DNA of 64,000 nt from Eledone cirrhosa (GCA_964016885.1 OZ024741.1:177630001-177694000), one strand, 5' to 3'; counted from the stretch's first letter, positions 45,471 through 60,874 are shown. Translations and numbers: made by a program. The notes: generated from the sequence alone by a model not told the origin.

Positions 45471-48181
45471 GGGGGCGGGTTGTCGATAAATAAATCAGAA
45501 TAGACTTAGAAATAAAAATAGAATTAAAAATAAAAATAAAAATAAAAATAATGTTAAAATTAAAATTAAAGTTAATAATAATAAAAAAAAAATATAAAGA
45601 TAATAATAGAATAACGTAAGTGGCATAAAGTGTGTAATCTTATGTATACTAACAAGGTGTAATAGTGAAGACATAGATATGGTACAGTGGCCAAATGATT
45701 ATGAGAGCTAGAATGAAGAGTCATCAAAAACCAATGATAACATTAGTGTTGGCAAACAAAAGAACCCAAACAAAAAACTAAGTAATGGAATATATCTGCT
45801 AATGGGTACGATTTGTACTACTAGAACATTTGGGCTTATAATAAAAGTAAGAATTAGAAATGGCATGGGGGCAAGAAGAGAATATCTCAGACTTTCTATT
45901 CAGTAGGGTACGCTAGAAAAAATAATAGAGTGTGTCTCAAGTATACAGAGATTACAAAACTTACTATGTGCAGAATGGTGGTTAGATCGTGCTACTAAAC
46001 TCCAGTTAAGGCTATATGGTATATAAGCTCCCTTAAGATCCCAGATATAATGCGCTAGAGAGGTAGAATTCTTAAACCTAACATGTTTGAAGTTAGAGAT
46101 ATGAGAGTTAAACCTAGTCTTAAAAGTGTTTGAAGTAGATCCTATATACGTTCTTTTAGAGGAATTAGTTATAACCTCGCAAGCATAGACGATGTTCTTA
46201 GAAAGGCAGTTACCGTTTAGAGGGCAGTTAGCACTCACTCTACAATTGCCCTTCCGGGTGTTATTGGTTGGCTCGAGTGGTGATGTATTGCATGTAGGAC
46301 CTCTATTAGATAAGGACTGTTCTGGTGGTAAAGCATTGTCCGATGCATACAGACTAGTAGTATGTAGAGAGGAGAATCCATCCCTAATTTTCCTATTATT
46401 AGTGCTAGCTAAATGAGAACTAATATTAGGGGTGGTAGAGAATGAGAGTTTAATAACATTTTTATTAAAAATACCATGGTATTTGTGAGAAGGGGGGACA
46501 TTTTTCTCCAAGATAGTGAAGAAAGACCTAGGGATATGAGTTGATACATCCTGATTATATGGCGGGTTGAAATAAGTATTCAATCGCCTTCTATTTTCAT
46601 TTTTATTCTTATCGACCCTACCTCTATCAAATGTCCCACCGTCGAGACTAGGGTTACTATCGGGAATAGTTGAAGCCACATTCATAGAATCAGCCATAAT
46701 TTCGTTATGCCTATTATAGTTTCTACCTCTAGTAGATCCGCTGTTGTCCAGAATCCCTACAAGAGGATAAAGGCCAATGATAGGATCAGTAGGAGCAACA
46801 TTACTAGAATAAGATCCAGCCAAACCAACACCAATGCGTGAGCGCACAGGGGGCTCGACTTGTCTCTTAGAGATATTATATTTGTTATTACGAGTCCGGT
46901 GGGATAACTTATGGGTGGGTTCAAATACTGCTATATAAGTTCTACGGTTACTATGTTTGCTACTCCCATTCATGGCCATGCTATGTGATATAATGTTATT
47001 ATTATTAAGAGCAAGCGGAGACTTTCTAAAGTTACTATTATTATAATTTATTTTACTAGAGTGACCTGAATTTGCTAGGGCGTTATTGTAGTACTCCGCA
47101 TGTTCATTAAAAAGTTCCTATGTCCTTAGCTCACTCATCCACACATGTCTGTCTACTAACCTTGTAATTATATGTATTTATATATTTTATGCCAATTTTA
47201 AAATATATTACATTATGATATAGATCCTTATTACTTACCGTTTATTATATATAACATTATGATATTTAAACTTTATATATCATGTAAGATGTCTGGATTT
47301 TTTAATATTTTAATATTGTAATATGTAACATCATGATATTTAGACTTTACATATCATGTTAGATGTATGTATATTTTTTTCTGTAACATCATATTTTTTC
47401 TGTAACATCATAATTTTACCCTGTACCATTATAGTTTTTTTGAGTATTATATTATATGATTTATATTTCCTCATTTATTATGTAACCCAGTATGAATCAT
47501 TTTATACATATTGTTTATGGTAATTGTTAATATAATGTTAACATTTTATCATTGAATTTCATTATGGCATCTATATTGTTTCTGTAAATTAACCGGGATT
47601 ATCTATTCTACATTATTATATTGTATTGAATTATAAAATTTTGTTGTTTATTATTTGTTATAAGTGTTTCTTGTAATTATATCATATTATTGCCTCATGT
47701 ATATTGGGTAGATGTATTAGTATTATGTTCACTATTACCATGCTTATTTTTAATATTCAAACTTCTAATAGGGCTTAATTTCTGTGTAATAGAACATAGA
47801 TATGTGTATTGTTGTATGTGTGTGTGTGTGTGTGTGTGTGTGCGCACATATTTACATGTATATATTGTGCCTTTTGATTTTTAATTTGGAATTTTAATGT
47901 TGGTATAAATATATTATCATTATAATGTATTATATTGTGTTATATATAATTCCTGCTCTATATAACCAAATCTGTTTAGATTTAGGTTGGTGGCTTTGGA
48001 CTATATTTATAATATGGTTGTTAATGTTATCTACATCCTTAGTTATTATAATTTTATTATTTTTATCTTTATTTTCATTTTTATTATCGTATATCTTTGC
48101 AAGACATTAGTATATGTACACTCCATATTCTTCAGAGTTTCTGGCTTGTATCTGCCGATATTACCTCTTGTTGTTTTGATT

Positions 48182-48219
48182 GCCCTGATGAGTCCTTAAT
48201 AGGACGAAACATTGTCGGC
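48182..48219 (+). ncRNA. Minimal type I hammerhead, 5' pLTR
   Basis: gcc-CTGATGA-gtcct-taat-aggac-GAAA-cattg-TC-ggc, followed by AATAAA. Confidence 0.88.
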
Positions 48220-51200
48220 TAATAAAAACTTTTGATGTATTAAAGGATTCTTTGTTTTACTCTCTTAATTTTTTGGCTCTGTTTAACTGCATTGAGCTAT
48301 ACCTTTTACTGTCATTTCTATAATACGAAGAGGGTGTTTGACTCAAACACGCTCCAGTATTCTAATCCTTGTAACTGCTCCCGATAGGTTGAGCTTACTC
48401 ACATATATACTGGCATTTTGGCCTCTATATATTTTTATCTGACAGTATGCTGACAAAGAGTTACTTGCCTTTATCTCTGAAAAATATTCCCACCCCTCTA
48501 AGAATACTTACCCAAAACTACTGATAGCTAGTGTTAACTCCTTTGTAAAAAGGATTAGATGGCGTGCGTTTCACTACGATAGTAATAAGAATAGGAAGGA
48601 CCCTAGGAATAGAACAAATTTTAATAGCTACGGCTTCAAAACGTATAAGAGCCCACCACACAACATACTATTAGACAGTTTCGAAGGTGACTTACTCTCT
48701 CTGGTCAAAAATGTTAGGTTTAGGCCAAATGATACACATAGAAACAATAGTAATTTTGATAAATTCCAGTCCAGACTTAAAAATAGTGTTAAGGGTTTCG
48801 GTGAGAATAAGTCCATTCTGGTCCCGGCAGATAAGACTAAGAATCTATACCGCGATTTTATTTATAAAGAGTTATATAGAAACTATAAAAAAACTACGCT
48901 TGAGAATTTGAACCACATCAATAGTGAGGGCCTTAGAATAGTCTCTGACCTCGGACACGATAAGTATACCCAGCTATATTACCCTTGAGAACCGAGATTC
49001 ACACTTAAAGACCATAAGATTGATTATATTAGTAACCCCTCAGTTAGACTTATCTGACCTTCTAAGTCGGATATAGCCATTATCAGTAAAAAAAATCCTT
49101 GACTTTATTATACCAGATGTTAGGGATAAGGTTAATTTTAACTTATGGGGGAACACTAGGGAAGTTATAGATTGGTTTTCTGGGATTAATAGACTTGAAT
49201 CTAATAAGTTTATCCAATTCGATATTGATGCCTACTACACATCAATTTCACCCATCCTCCTCAATAAAGCCTTAATGTTGGCCATGAGAGTGTCCAGCCT
49301 TACACGATCGCAGGTAGATATTATACTAGCAGCCCGTAAAACTATTATTAAATTTGATGACACTTTTGGGACCCGTAAAAACACGCCCAATAATTTCGAC
49401 GTTACAATGGGTTCGAGTGATTCGGCCCAGGTTACTGATCTTGTTGGGTTGTTCCTCCCTAATGAACTATACGCTACCTTCCCGCACCTTGTAGGCGGAC
49501 TATATCGTGATGATGCATTGTTTGTAATTAACTCTAGTACCAACAATGTAGAACGTAATAAGAAGAAGCTTTATAAGTTTTTTAATAGCTACAACCTTTC
49601 AATCACGATAGATAGAAATGATAGAGCGGTTAACTTTTTAGATGTGACTTTGGACTTGGCCACTAATAGTTTTAAACCCTTCCATAAGCCTAATGAAATT
49701 CTTTCTTATGTTAGCCCCAATTCTAACCACCATAAGTCTGTGATAAACTCTATAATTAAGGGCGTTTCTAATAGGATTTCCACACTATCTAAGGACATAG
49801 GAACTTTTAAACAACACGCGGAGTACTACAATAACGCCCTAACAAATTCAGGTCACTCTAGTAAAATAAATTATAATAATAGTAACTTTAGAAAGTCTCC
49901 GCTTACTCTTAATAATAATAACATTATATCACATAATGGGAGTAGCAAACATAGTAACCGTAGAACTTATATAGGAGTATCTGAACCCACCCATAAGATA
50001 TCCCACCGGACTCGTAATAACAAATATAATACCTCTATGAGACAAGTGGAGCCCCCTGTGCGCTCACGCATTGGTGTTGGTTTGACTGGATCTTATTCTA
50101 GTAATGTTGCTCCTACTGATCCTATCATTGGCCTTAATCCTCTTGTAGGGATTCTGGACAACAACGGATCTACTAGAGGTAGAAACTATAATAGGCATAA
50201 CGAAATTATGGCTGATTCTATGAATGTGGCTTCAACTATTCCCGATAGTAACCCTAGTCTCGACGGTGGGACATTTGATAGAGGTAGGGTCGATAAGAAT
50301 AAAAATAAAAATAGAAGGCGATTGAATACTTATTTCAACCCGCCATATAATCAGGATGTATCAACTAATATCCCTACGTCTTTCTTCACTATCCTGGAGA
50401 AAAATTTCCCCCCTTCTCACAAATACCATGGTATTTTTAATAAAAATGTTATTAAACTCTCATTCTCTACCACCCCTAATATTAGTTCTCATTTAGCTAG
50501 CACTAATAATAGGAACATTAGGGATGGATTCTCCTCTCTACATACTACTAGTCTGAATGCATCGGACAATGCTTTACCACCAGAACAGTCCTTATCTAAT
50601 AGAGGTCCTACGTGCAATACATCACCACTCGAGCCAACCAATAACACCCGGAAGTGCAATTGTAGAGTGAGTGCTAACTGCCCTCTAAACGGTAACTGCC
50701 TTTCTAAGAACATTGTCTATGCTTGCGAGGTTATAACTAATTCCTCTAAAAGAACGTATATAGGATCTACTTCAAACACTTTTAAGACTAGGTTTAACTC
50801 TCATATCTCTAACTTCAAACATGTTAGGTTTAAGAATTCTACCTCTCTAGCGCATTATATCTGGGATCTTAAGGGAGCTTATATACCATATAGCCTTAAC
50901 TGGAGTTTAGTAGCACGATCTAACCACCTTTCTGCACATAGTAAGTTTTGTAATCTCTGTATACTTGAGACACACTCTATTATTTTCTCTAGCGTACCCT
51001 ACTGAATAGAAAGTCTGAGATATTCTCTTCTTGCCCCCATGCCATTTCTAATTCTTACTTTTATTATTAACCCAAATGTTCTAGTAGTACAAATCGTACC
51101 CATTAGCAGATATATTCCATTACTTAGTTTTTTGTTTGGGTTCTTTTGTTTGCCAACACTAATGTTATCATTGGTTTTTGATGACTCTTCATTCTAGCTC

Positions 51201-53026
51201 TCATAATCATTTGGCCACTATACCATATCTATGTCTTCACTATTACACCTTGTTAGTATACATAAGATTACACACTTTATGCCACTTACGTTATTCTATT
51301 ATTATCTTTATATTTTGTTTTTATTAATATTAACTTTAATTTTAATTTTAATATTATTTTTATTTTTATTTTTATTTTTAATTCTATTTTTATTTCTAAG
51401 TCTATTCTGATTTATCTATCGACAACCCCCCCCCCTGTCCCCCACCCCTCCCTCTCCCCCCACATGCACACATAAACTTATTGTCAACCCCTCCAGATTG
51501 AACATGATTATATTTAACCCCCCCCCCTCTTTTATGCTCCGTTCTATTATTTATTATAGTATATCGAATATATTTTATGCCACTTAGCACCCTCTATATA
51601 TTTTGTCAATTGTGTACCCATTAGCCTATCTTAACTCTACTTAAGTCAGTTTTTTAGATATCGTTGCGTATATGATAGTGTAATTTTATTTCTTTTTGTA
51701 AACATTTGTAATGATACATTAAAGTTTATATACTTTAATGACTTAAACTATAGCTAATATTATACTACCTTATCGGACGGGTTCGATATTTTTAATATTA
51801 ATTTATCAGATAGGGTTTGGGGTCATTTAAAATGATCGCTTTCCTTGGTGTTTACCTAATTTCTTAATGCACGCGAGGCCTAAATGTGTATACATTTGCT
51901 TTTGTTGTGTAATTTCCGGTTGATTGTATTTATTTGTTTTATTCTATATTCTATTTACTATTCACTGTCTGGCTTCGCTCACTCATCCCCACATGTCTGT
52001 CTACTAACCTTGTAATTATAAGTATTTATATATTTTATGCCAATTTTAAAATATATTACATTATGATATAGATCCTTATTACTTACCGTTTATTATATAT
52101 AACATTATGATATTTAAACTTTATATATCATGTAAGATGTCTGGATTTTTTAATATTTTAATATTGTAATATGTAACATTATGATATTTAGACTTTACAT
52201 ATCATGTTAGATGTCTGTATATTTTTTTCTGAAACATCATATTTTTTTCTGTAACATCATAATTTTTCCCTGTACCATTATAGTTTTTTTTAGTATTATA
52301 TTATATGATTTATATTTCCTCATTTATTATGTAACCCAGTATGAATCATTTTGTACATATTGTTTATGGTAATTGTTAATATAATGTTAACATTTTATCA
52401 TTGAATTTCATTGTGACATCTATATTGTTTCTGTAAATTAACCGGGATTATCTATTCTACTTTATTATATTGTATTGAATTATATAATTTTGTTGTTTAT
52501 TATTTGTTATAAGTGTTTCTTGTAATTATATCATATTATTGCCTAATGTATATTGGGTAGATGTATTAGTATTATTTTCACTATTACCATGCTTATTTTT
52601 AATATTCAAACTTCTAATAGGGCTTAATTTCTGTGTAATAGAACATAGATATGTGTATTGTTGTATGTGTGTGTGTGTGTGTGTGTGCGCACATATATAC
52701 ATGTATATATTGTACCTTTTGATTTTTAATTTGGAATTTTAATGTTGGTATAAATATATTATTATTATAATGTATTATATTGTGTTATATATAATTCCTG
52801 CTCTATATAACCAACTTTGTTTAGATTTAGGTTGGTGGCTTTGGACTATATTTGTAATATGGTTCTTAATGTTATCTACATCCTTAGTTATTATAATTTT
52901 ATTATTTTTATCTTTATTTTCATTTTTATTATCGTATATCTTTGCAAGACATTAGTATATGTACACTCCATATTCTTCAGAGTTTCTGGCTTGTATCTGC
53001 CGATATTACCTCTTGTTATTTTGATT

Positions 53027-53064
53027 GCCCTGATGAGTCCTTAATAGGACGAAACATTGTCGGC
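53027..53064 (+). ncRNA. Minimal type I hammerhead, 3' pLTR
   Basis: Identical to 48182-48219. Confidence 0.88.
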
Positions 53065-53211
53065 TAATAAAAACGTTTGATGTATTAAAGGATTCTTTGT
53101 TTTACTCTCTTAATTTGTTGGCTCTGTTTAACTGCATTGAGCTATACCTTTTACTGTCATTTCTATAATACGAAGAGGGTGTTTGACTCAAACACGCTCC
53201 AGTATTCTAAT

Positions 53212-53260
<49 letters not shown>

Positions 53261-53269
53261 TATCTGAAG

Positions 53270-53347
53270 ACATGTGGCAATCCTGATGTTGTAAATTCGA
53301 TTCCCGGACCGGGCTATGTGTTTTGTCCTTGAGCAAGACACTTTCAT
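53270..53347 (+). mobile_element. Degenerate tRNA-derived SINE fragment
   Basis: ttcgattcccggacc B box and gtccttgagcaagacacttt core, similar to 60875-61000. Confidence 0.5.
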
Positions 53348-53821
53348 TAATCTTAATATGTTTAAATTTCTTCGCACATTTTTACTTATTTATTTTCATA
53401 TTTTGTATTATTTTGTATCACCATCGATGTAACTTGTTTATTTATTTACATTTATTCATGTATTAACATTTATTCATTTATTGTTGATATCATTATTTTC
53501 CCTCTATTTTTCTTTTTCTCTACCTTTATTTCTCTGTTATCCTTTTCTCTCCTCCTTTCTCTATGTCTTTTTTCTCTCTATATCTTTCTCTGATTTCCTT
53601 TCTCCTTTCCTTTCTTCTTTCCTTTCTCCTTTCCTTTCTCCTTTCCTTTCTCTTTTTCCTTTTCCTTTTTCTTTCTTTTATCTATATCTCTTTCTTTTTT
53701 CCGCTCTCTATATGTATTATCAATATTATTAATGATGCTGTAATTTGAATTTGTAAATTTACCGGGTGGTTGTCTCTGATGATCTGATTAAGCTAACATC
53801 TTTTTGAAATTGAGTGGCACT

Positions 53822-54190
53822 GCTTCAACGACCCGACCATGAGATAGATTGTACTGGGATACATGTTACCAGTAGCACCAACTGGTGACCTGACACATAT
53901 ATATATATATAAATATACATACATATATATATATACATACATATATATACATATAAGAGACCCAGCATCTATCGACATGTCATGTAGCATCCAGCAACCA
54001 CGCTCAAATCTGTATAACTGCCCTCGTGCATGCCAGGAATATTTTTGTGACAGAGGTTAGAAGGACAGTCTGATGTAAATCCTTCGACCGGAGAACCTCA
54101 CAGTCACCACCGAAACTTGTGAGGTCATGACAGATGAAACTGGACTGGAAATAGTGGGGTCAAATCAAAGTACACAGCACTTCATGTAAA
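53822..54190 (+). mobile_element. Third RTE-5'-like fragment, split by a TA tract
   Basis: caacgacccgaccatgaga..ggtgacctgac matches 31652-31720. The sequence after the TA tract may be its continuation. Confidence 0.4.
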
Positions 54191-54199
54191 AACCACCAT

Positions 54200-54877
54200 A
54201 TTTATATGTGCGTAGTTTTGTATACTTATGGCAAGTGTTTTCGCGTATGCTTCTGTATGTACGTATCTGCATGCGTGTATGTATTTATTTAATTTCTATT
54301 ACCTCTGTATTGTATTTTTTTACCTTATTCTTAACTCTGAAGCGGAGATTCTTTCGGTTTCCTAGTTAGAATTTTAGTCTACGACTTCTGCTATACCTGT
54401 TACGTGGTTTTATCTTTGCGTGCAATTGTTCTCCACGCTCCACATATAGGGTATTATCTTCGTTTTTTCCGTTCATTGCCAGAGAACGTCTCTATGAAAC
54501 ACCTAAGAGAACATTAGTCTACAACATATTTTATACCATAAACGTGGTTCTGTCTTTGCGTGTAATTGTTTTCCACCGCTCCTATGAATGACGTATTATA
54601 TTCGTTTTTTCCCGTTCTTTGCCAGGGAACGTTTCCACGAACCAAAGTATCGTCTTCCTGTCTTCCCCCGGTTGCAACGTTTTTTGAAATAACCACTTCT
54701 GCGTTTACAGATTGACTTTGTTAGTGTCAGAAGATCCCGTTAAGGTGATAGCAGCGATTCTTTGCTTAAACTTTAATCTGTTATTTTATAAATATTTGCT
54801 CTACGGTTCTTATATATTTGATATATATTTTTCCTTATCGAGCCCTCTTTGGATTTTAGTCTTCAAATTTATTATTA

Positions 54878-54880
<3 letters not shown>
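54200..54880 (+). mobile_element. Copy of the 24878-26027 family
   Basis: Aligns by eye. CAGAAGA motif at 54723-54772 with GAAA changed to GATA. Confidence 0.75.
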
Positions 54881-54916
<36 letters not shown>

Positions 54917-55163
54917 ATATATATATATTAAAATAACAGATTAGTCTTCACATTTATTTTTTATTGTTATTATTATTTTTATTTTCTTTCATTATTGTTT
55001 GTGAGATATATGCCGAGTGTCTTCCTGACACCTAGGGCAAATAAATTCACAGTGTGCATTGGTAAGCCATTTAATATAGCACATTGATTATAATTAAAAC
55101 AAAACAGTATACCTATATACACATGTGCATATGCATATGAGAATACAAGGAGTGATATCAATC

Positions 55164-55860
55164 TTACATAGATAGTGCTCTTCTCAATACGTATGCTCTA
55201 CCAGTCAAAACAAATTGTTGCACCTCGCGCAGAGAGGGTAAACCAGGAATCATTCGCAAATATTGTTCTGTTCCTTTCTTGATCATTTCCAGTCCTGCCA
55301 CAATCACTGGTATTGTAATGGCATTGAGGTGCCACATTTTCTCAATTTCAATAAGCAGATCTTTATATTGTCAAATTCTTTTGCCACGATATTGTGATTA
55401 CATGGGATGCTCATATCTATCAATAAACAGACCTTGTTATGTTGATCTTTTACAATGATGTCAGGTCTATTTGCTTTTATGGTCCTGTCAGTATGTATAG
55501 GAAAGTCCCAGAGAATTGTTACTTTTTCTCCTTCAGTTACAACCTCAGGGTGATGATTTTACCACTTGGCTTCAGCTTCAATTTTGTAATGCCGACATAT
55601 TACCCAGTGTAGATATGGCCAACTCTGTCATGTCTATATTTGTATTCTACTGGTGCTAAAACTTTACATCCAGAGACTAAGTGATCCACTGTTTCAATCT
55701 CAACGTTGCAGAATCGACACTTTTGGTTTATTCACATTGGCCTGGTAATTACGAGTCAATAAGTTTGATCTTGGGCAGCTAAGATGAAGCCTTCACACTC
55801 CGCCTTTAGCCTTGAACTACTTAGCCGCTGATGGGTGTACCGCTGATGGGTGTACCTTTG
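55164..55860 (-). mobile_element. RLE-type non-LTR retrotransposon (R4/Dong-like) 3' fragment
   Basis: Minus-strand translation by eye: CRFCNVEIETVDHLVSGC..YKYRHDRV, ILWDFPIHTDRTIKANRPDII, LLIDMSIP. Confidence 0.82.
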
Positions 55861-56401
55861 ATGCTAATTGTCCTTGCCGTTTTCCTTTGCCAGTGATTTT
55901 ATGTGCCGAGCAGCATCAGTTGCAACGGTTTCATTAGTCTGTCAAGCCTGGGTATCAAGCATGAGATTATTATTATTATTATTATAAATATATATATATA
56001 CATATATATGTGAACACCCCTCCCTTGCCAAGTAACAATTACTTCATCTTCTACTAGTATTTTTTCATATTTCATTCACTGTTATCTTCTCATTGTTTTG
56101 TTGTTTATTATATTTTTAGTTTCCTAGCGATTTTTCTGTATAAAAATATTGTTATTCTATTTTTGATATACCGAAACAAATATGTTAAGACCGACTGATT
56201 TTTTGAGATAAGAAAGGAAATAGTTCTGACATTGTTTCTTTTAAATTCTCAATAAATGTTGTGTGTTTATTGTACCTGAATGTAAATTTAAAACTCACTT
56301 TTATACACGCGCATATTTATGTATCTATATATGTATATTGCATGACGCCATTTAATTACAGATGCATGTGTTGGAGCATACATACACATATATATAAATA
56401 A

Positions 56402-56448
<47 letters not shown>

Positions 56449-56545
56449 TGCATATGTATGTATATATCTACATATATACATACATATATATATAATATAT
56501 ATATATATATACATACGTACATACATACATTTATATACATAAATG

Positions 56546-56578
<33 letters not shown>

Positions 56579-56602
56579 GTATACATCTATCTATATATAT
56601 AC

Positions 56603-56713
<111 letters not shown>

Positions 56714-56818
56714 CATATATACATATATATACATATATATACATATATATATATACATACAAATATAAATATATATACATATATACATATATATACATAT
56801 ATATATATACATATATAC

Positions 56819-56883
<65 letters not shown>

Positions 56884-57138
56884 TACATACATATATATAT
56901 ATATACATACATACATATACATATATACATATATATACACATATATACATATATATACACATATATATACATACATACATATACATATATACATATATAT
57001 ACATATATATGTATACATACATACATATATATACATATATATACACATATATATATATACATACATATATATACATATATACATATATATACATATATAT
57101 ATATATACATATATATATATATTCATATATATATATAC

Positions 57139-57203
<65 letters not shown>

Positions 57204-57219
57204 TACATATATACATATA

Positions 57220-57867
57220 TAAACAAGGTTTAGCAAATAATGAAAAAGTTTCAAAATAAATTTTAAAAAATTGACTTTACCTACTATAGTTACCTTTACC
57301 GATCGGTTTCGAATCCCAAAAATAAAACGGAGACCATACGGCCTTCGTTTGCAAAGAAAGATTCTCGTCAGAAGGTTCTTTTCATTCAAAGAATATAAAA
57401 TTCCTGAATTAAATCACAGACTAGCGCTATCAAAACTGTTCCCGGGATGAGAGTGGATGATGTAGAAACAGGTTTATCAACGGCCGAAGCAAAGATAGAG
57501 GCAGAAGGAGGTAGGTCAAACCAGCCACAGCTATCGCTAGCAGCAGTCAGAACGACCAAATCTGTTCTCAACATTAGAAGAGGTAGTAGTAATAGGATAT
57601 GTGTTCCTTCACGCACAAGGTGCTAAGGTACGCATGTATTGTTCAACCAAATGCCAGTGTGGTTCAATGGCGGGTTAATAAATTAACGAGCCAGAACAAA
57701 TATAAACAAGGTTTAGCAAATAATGAAAAAGTTTCAAAATAAATTTTAAAAATTGAATTTACCCACTATAGTTACCTTTACCGATCGGTTTCGAATCCCA
57801 AAAATAAAACGGAGACCATACGGCCTTCGTTTGCAAAGAAAGATTCTCGTCAGAAGGTTCTTTTCAA
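57220..57867 (-). mobile_element. 1.3 units of a 482-nt hammerhead-bearing repeat (two HHRs)
   Basis: 57220-57385 recurs at 57703-57867. HHRs at 57292-57376 and 57774-57858: acctt-CTGACGA-gaatct..gggattc-GAAA-ccgatcgg-TA-aaggt. Confidence 0.9.
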
Positions 57868-57880
57868 TATATATATATAT

Positions 57881-58420
57881 GGGGAGGGTCATATTTGTGT
57901 AATATTGCCAGAATTATTAACAGAGCACACTCACTGTTTGGTTATTTTCTCTTGCGTGTCTTTTATATCGGTTAATTAATTTATTCGGACCTCAATGTTG
58001 CCATTGACTGACCAAGGGTCGAAAATTCAGATACAATATAGACACAAACACATATATATAGACTATCAAAGTTCTTTCGTTGCACACCTGCAACTTCGTC
58101 AGTGGTGCTATTGTTTCCTGCCGTTGCATTGTATGACTACGCCATCTTTATTTAGTCTGTTTATATATTTATTTGTTTATTTTTATGTCTTCTTTGCGCA
58201 TAAAATTGCGTGTGTGTATAGTGTGTTGTTTGATGTGTGTTCGTGTTTGGGTGACTGTGTATTGGTATTCTATATTTACTAGTGTGTGTTTATATGTGTG
58301 TGTTGTTATTGTGCTTGTCTATGTATTTATTTATTTATCTATTTTGTTATTTCTTCTCTTAGAACAGTGTTGCTTGTTTGGGTGTTGTTGTTATTCCATT
58401 CATTTTTTTATTATATAAAC
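57881..58420 (-). mobile_element. Solo 3' pLTR of lineage-B PLE with hammerhead (58065-58106)
   Basis: Homologous to 22790-23370; ends at atgaccctcccc next to TA. Confidence 0.75.
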
Positions 58421-58433
58421 CCGCGCAAAAGTA

Positions 58434-58471
<38 letters not shown>

Positions 58472-58501
58472 TCACACATATATATATACATATATATTTA
58501 T

Positions 58502-58532
<31 letters not shown>

Positions 58533-58556
58533 CACATATATATATACATATATATT

Positions 58557-58604
<48 letters not shown>

Positions 58605-58696
58605 TATATACATATACATATATATATATATACATACATATATATATATATACATACATATGTATATATATATATACATACATATCTACATATACA

Positions 58697-58739
<43 letters not shown>

Positions 58740-58741
58740 TC

Positions 58742-58788
<47 letters not shown>

Positions 58789-58877
58789 TATTTATATACA
58801 TACATATATATATACATATATATATATACATATATAGATATACATAGATACATATATATATATATATAAATATATAT

Positions 58878-58908
<31 letters not shown>

Positions 58909-58926
58909 CAGATATATATATACATA

Positions 58927-59359
58927 TGTAGTGACCTACATTCCGCGGGCTCACATACATTCTCTGTGCGTGATTTGGCTCAGCTCCGCCAATCAGCGCC
59001 AGTAGAAGATGATGTATCCCTACTCATGCTGAGGGAGAAATAGCCCGCAAAGATTTGAGGACGCCACTACTTCCAAGCTAGACTACTTCCAGGCTTGACC
59101 ATACTAAGTAAACACCTGCTTGTTCATTTGCTGCGCCAGCGCAAACAATATGTAACGACAAAACATTCCTACGGAGCTGGCTAAACGCCTTCAGCCAGTT
59201 GACCGTATTTTCTCTTGTAATCTTAATTGAATTATTTCATTTCTCTTCGCATTCCAGCTAAACCTTTGTTAATAAATAATGTAAAACAAGCTAAAAGTCG
59301 TTGTCGATATACGCTATCATATCTTTCTACCAAACCTGGTTCCTCGTGGCAACATTACA
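58927..59359 (+). mobile_element. Candidate solo LTR
   Basis: TGTAGTG...CATTACA termini, internal CCAAT and AATAAA. No partner LTR or clear target-site duplication. Confidence 0.35.
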
Positions 59360-59453
59360 ACAACTTCTGAAATATACTTCTCCGCTAAATCTGGTGACAA
59401 GGTTTCTTTCACCAAACATATATACATATATATATATACATATATATATACAT

Positions 59454-59484
<31 letters not shown>

Positions 59485-59629
59485 TATAAACATATACATA
59501 TACATATATATATATATATAAATATATACATATATATATACATATATATATACATATATACATATATACATATATATATACATATATATATACATATATA
59601 TATACATATATATATATATACATATATAT

Positions 59630-59686
<57 letters not shown>

Positions 59687-59767
59687 CATATATATACATA
59701 TTAATATATATGTATGTATATATATATATATATATATACATACATACATATATATATACATATATAC

Positions 59768-59804
<37 letters not shown>

Positions 59805-59811
59805 TACATAC

Positions 59812-59842
<31 letters not shown>

Positions 59843-59910
59843 CATATATATACATATATACATACATATATATATATACACATATATATATATATACATT
59901 ACATATATAC

Positions 59911-59963
<53 letters not shown>

Positions 59964-60090
59964 CATATATACATACATATATATATACATACATATATAT
60001 ATACATACATATATATATATACATACATATATATATACATATATATATACATATATACATATATATATATACATATACACATGTATATTC

Positions 60091-60121
<31 letters not shown>

Positions 60122-60147
60122 CATATACGTATATATATATATATTTA

Positions 60148-60181
<34 letters not shown>

Positions 60182-60384
60182 CATATACATATATATATAT
60201 ACATATATTTATACATATATATACATATATATATATATACATATATACATATATATACATATATATATATATACATATATACATATATATATATACATCT
60301 ATATATGTATATACATATATATATATACATCTATATATGTATATACATATATACATATATATATATACATCTATATATATATAC

Positions 60385-60417
<33 letters not shown>

Positions 60418-60457
60418 CATATATGTATATACATATATACATATATATATATACATC

Positions 60458-60542
<85 letters not shown>

Positions 60543-60655
60543 GTACATATATATATATATATATATGTTAATATATATATATATATACATACATATATAT
60601 ATATATATACACATATATATATATATACATACATATATATATATATACATACATA

Positions 60656-60687
<32 letters not shown>

Positions 60688-60714
60688 CGTACATATATAT
60701 ATTTATATACATAT

Positions 60715-60873
<159 letters not shown>

Positions 60874-60874
60874 T

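Larger units (their letters stand above)
45471..53216 (+). mobile_element. Full-length Penelope-like element lineage A with two ~1.24-kb pLTRs and an upstream inverted segment
   Basis: pLTRs at 47129-48370 and 51977-53216. ORF from ATG 48447 (disrupted), then 49275..51005 (YRDD, CNCRVSANCPLNGNC, IVY..YIG, CNLC). 45471-47128 is an inverted copy of ~49789-51430. Confidence 0.93.

Noticed and set aside
48980-49065. In-frame TGA codons as selenocysteine (known in some Naiad PLEs)
   Set aside because: They do not align with conserved Cys in the sister elements, the copy has frameshifts, and I found no convincing SECIS by eye. A SECISearch run would settle it.
53770-53820. CTGATGA..GAAA
   Set aside because: Stems I and II do not pair convincingly.
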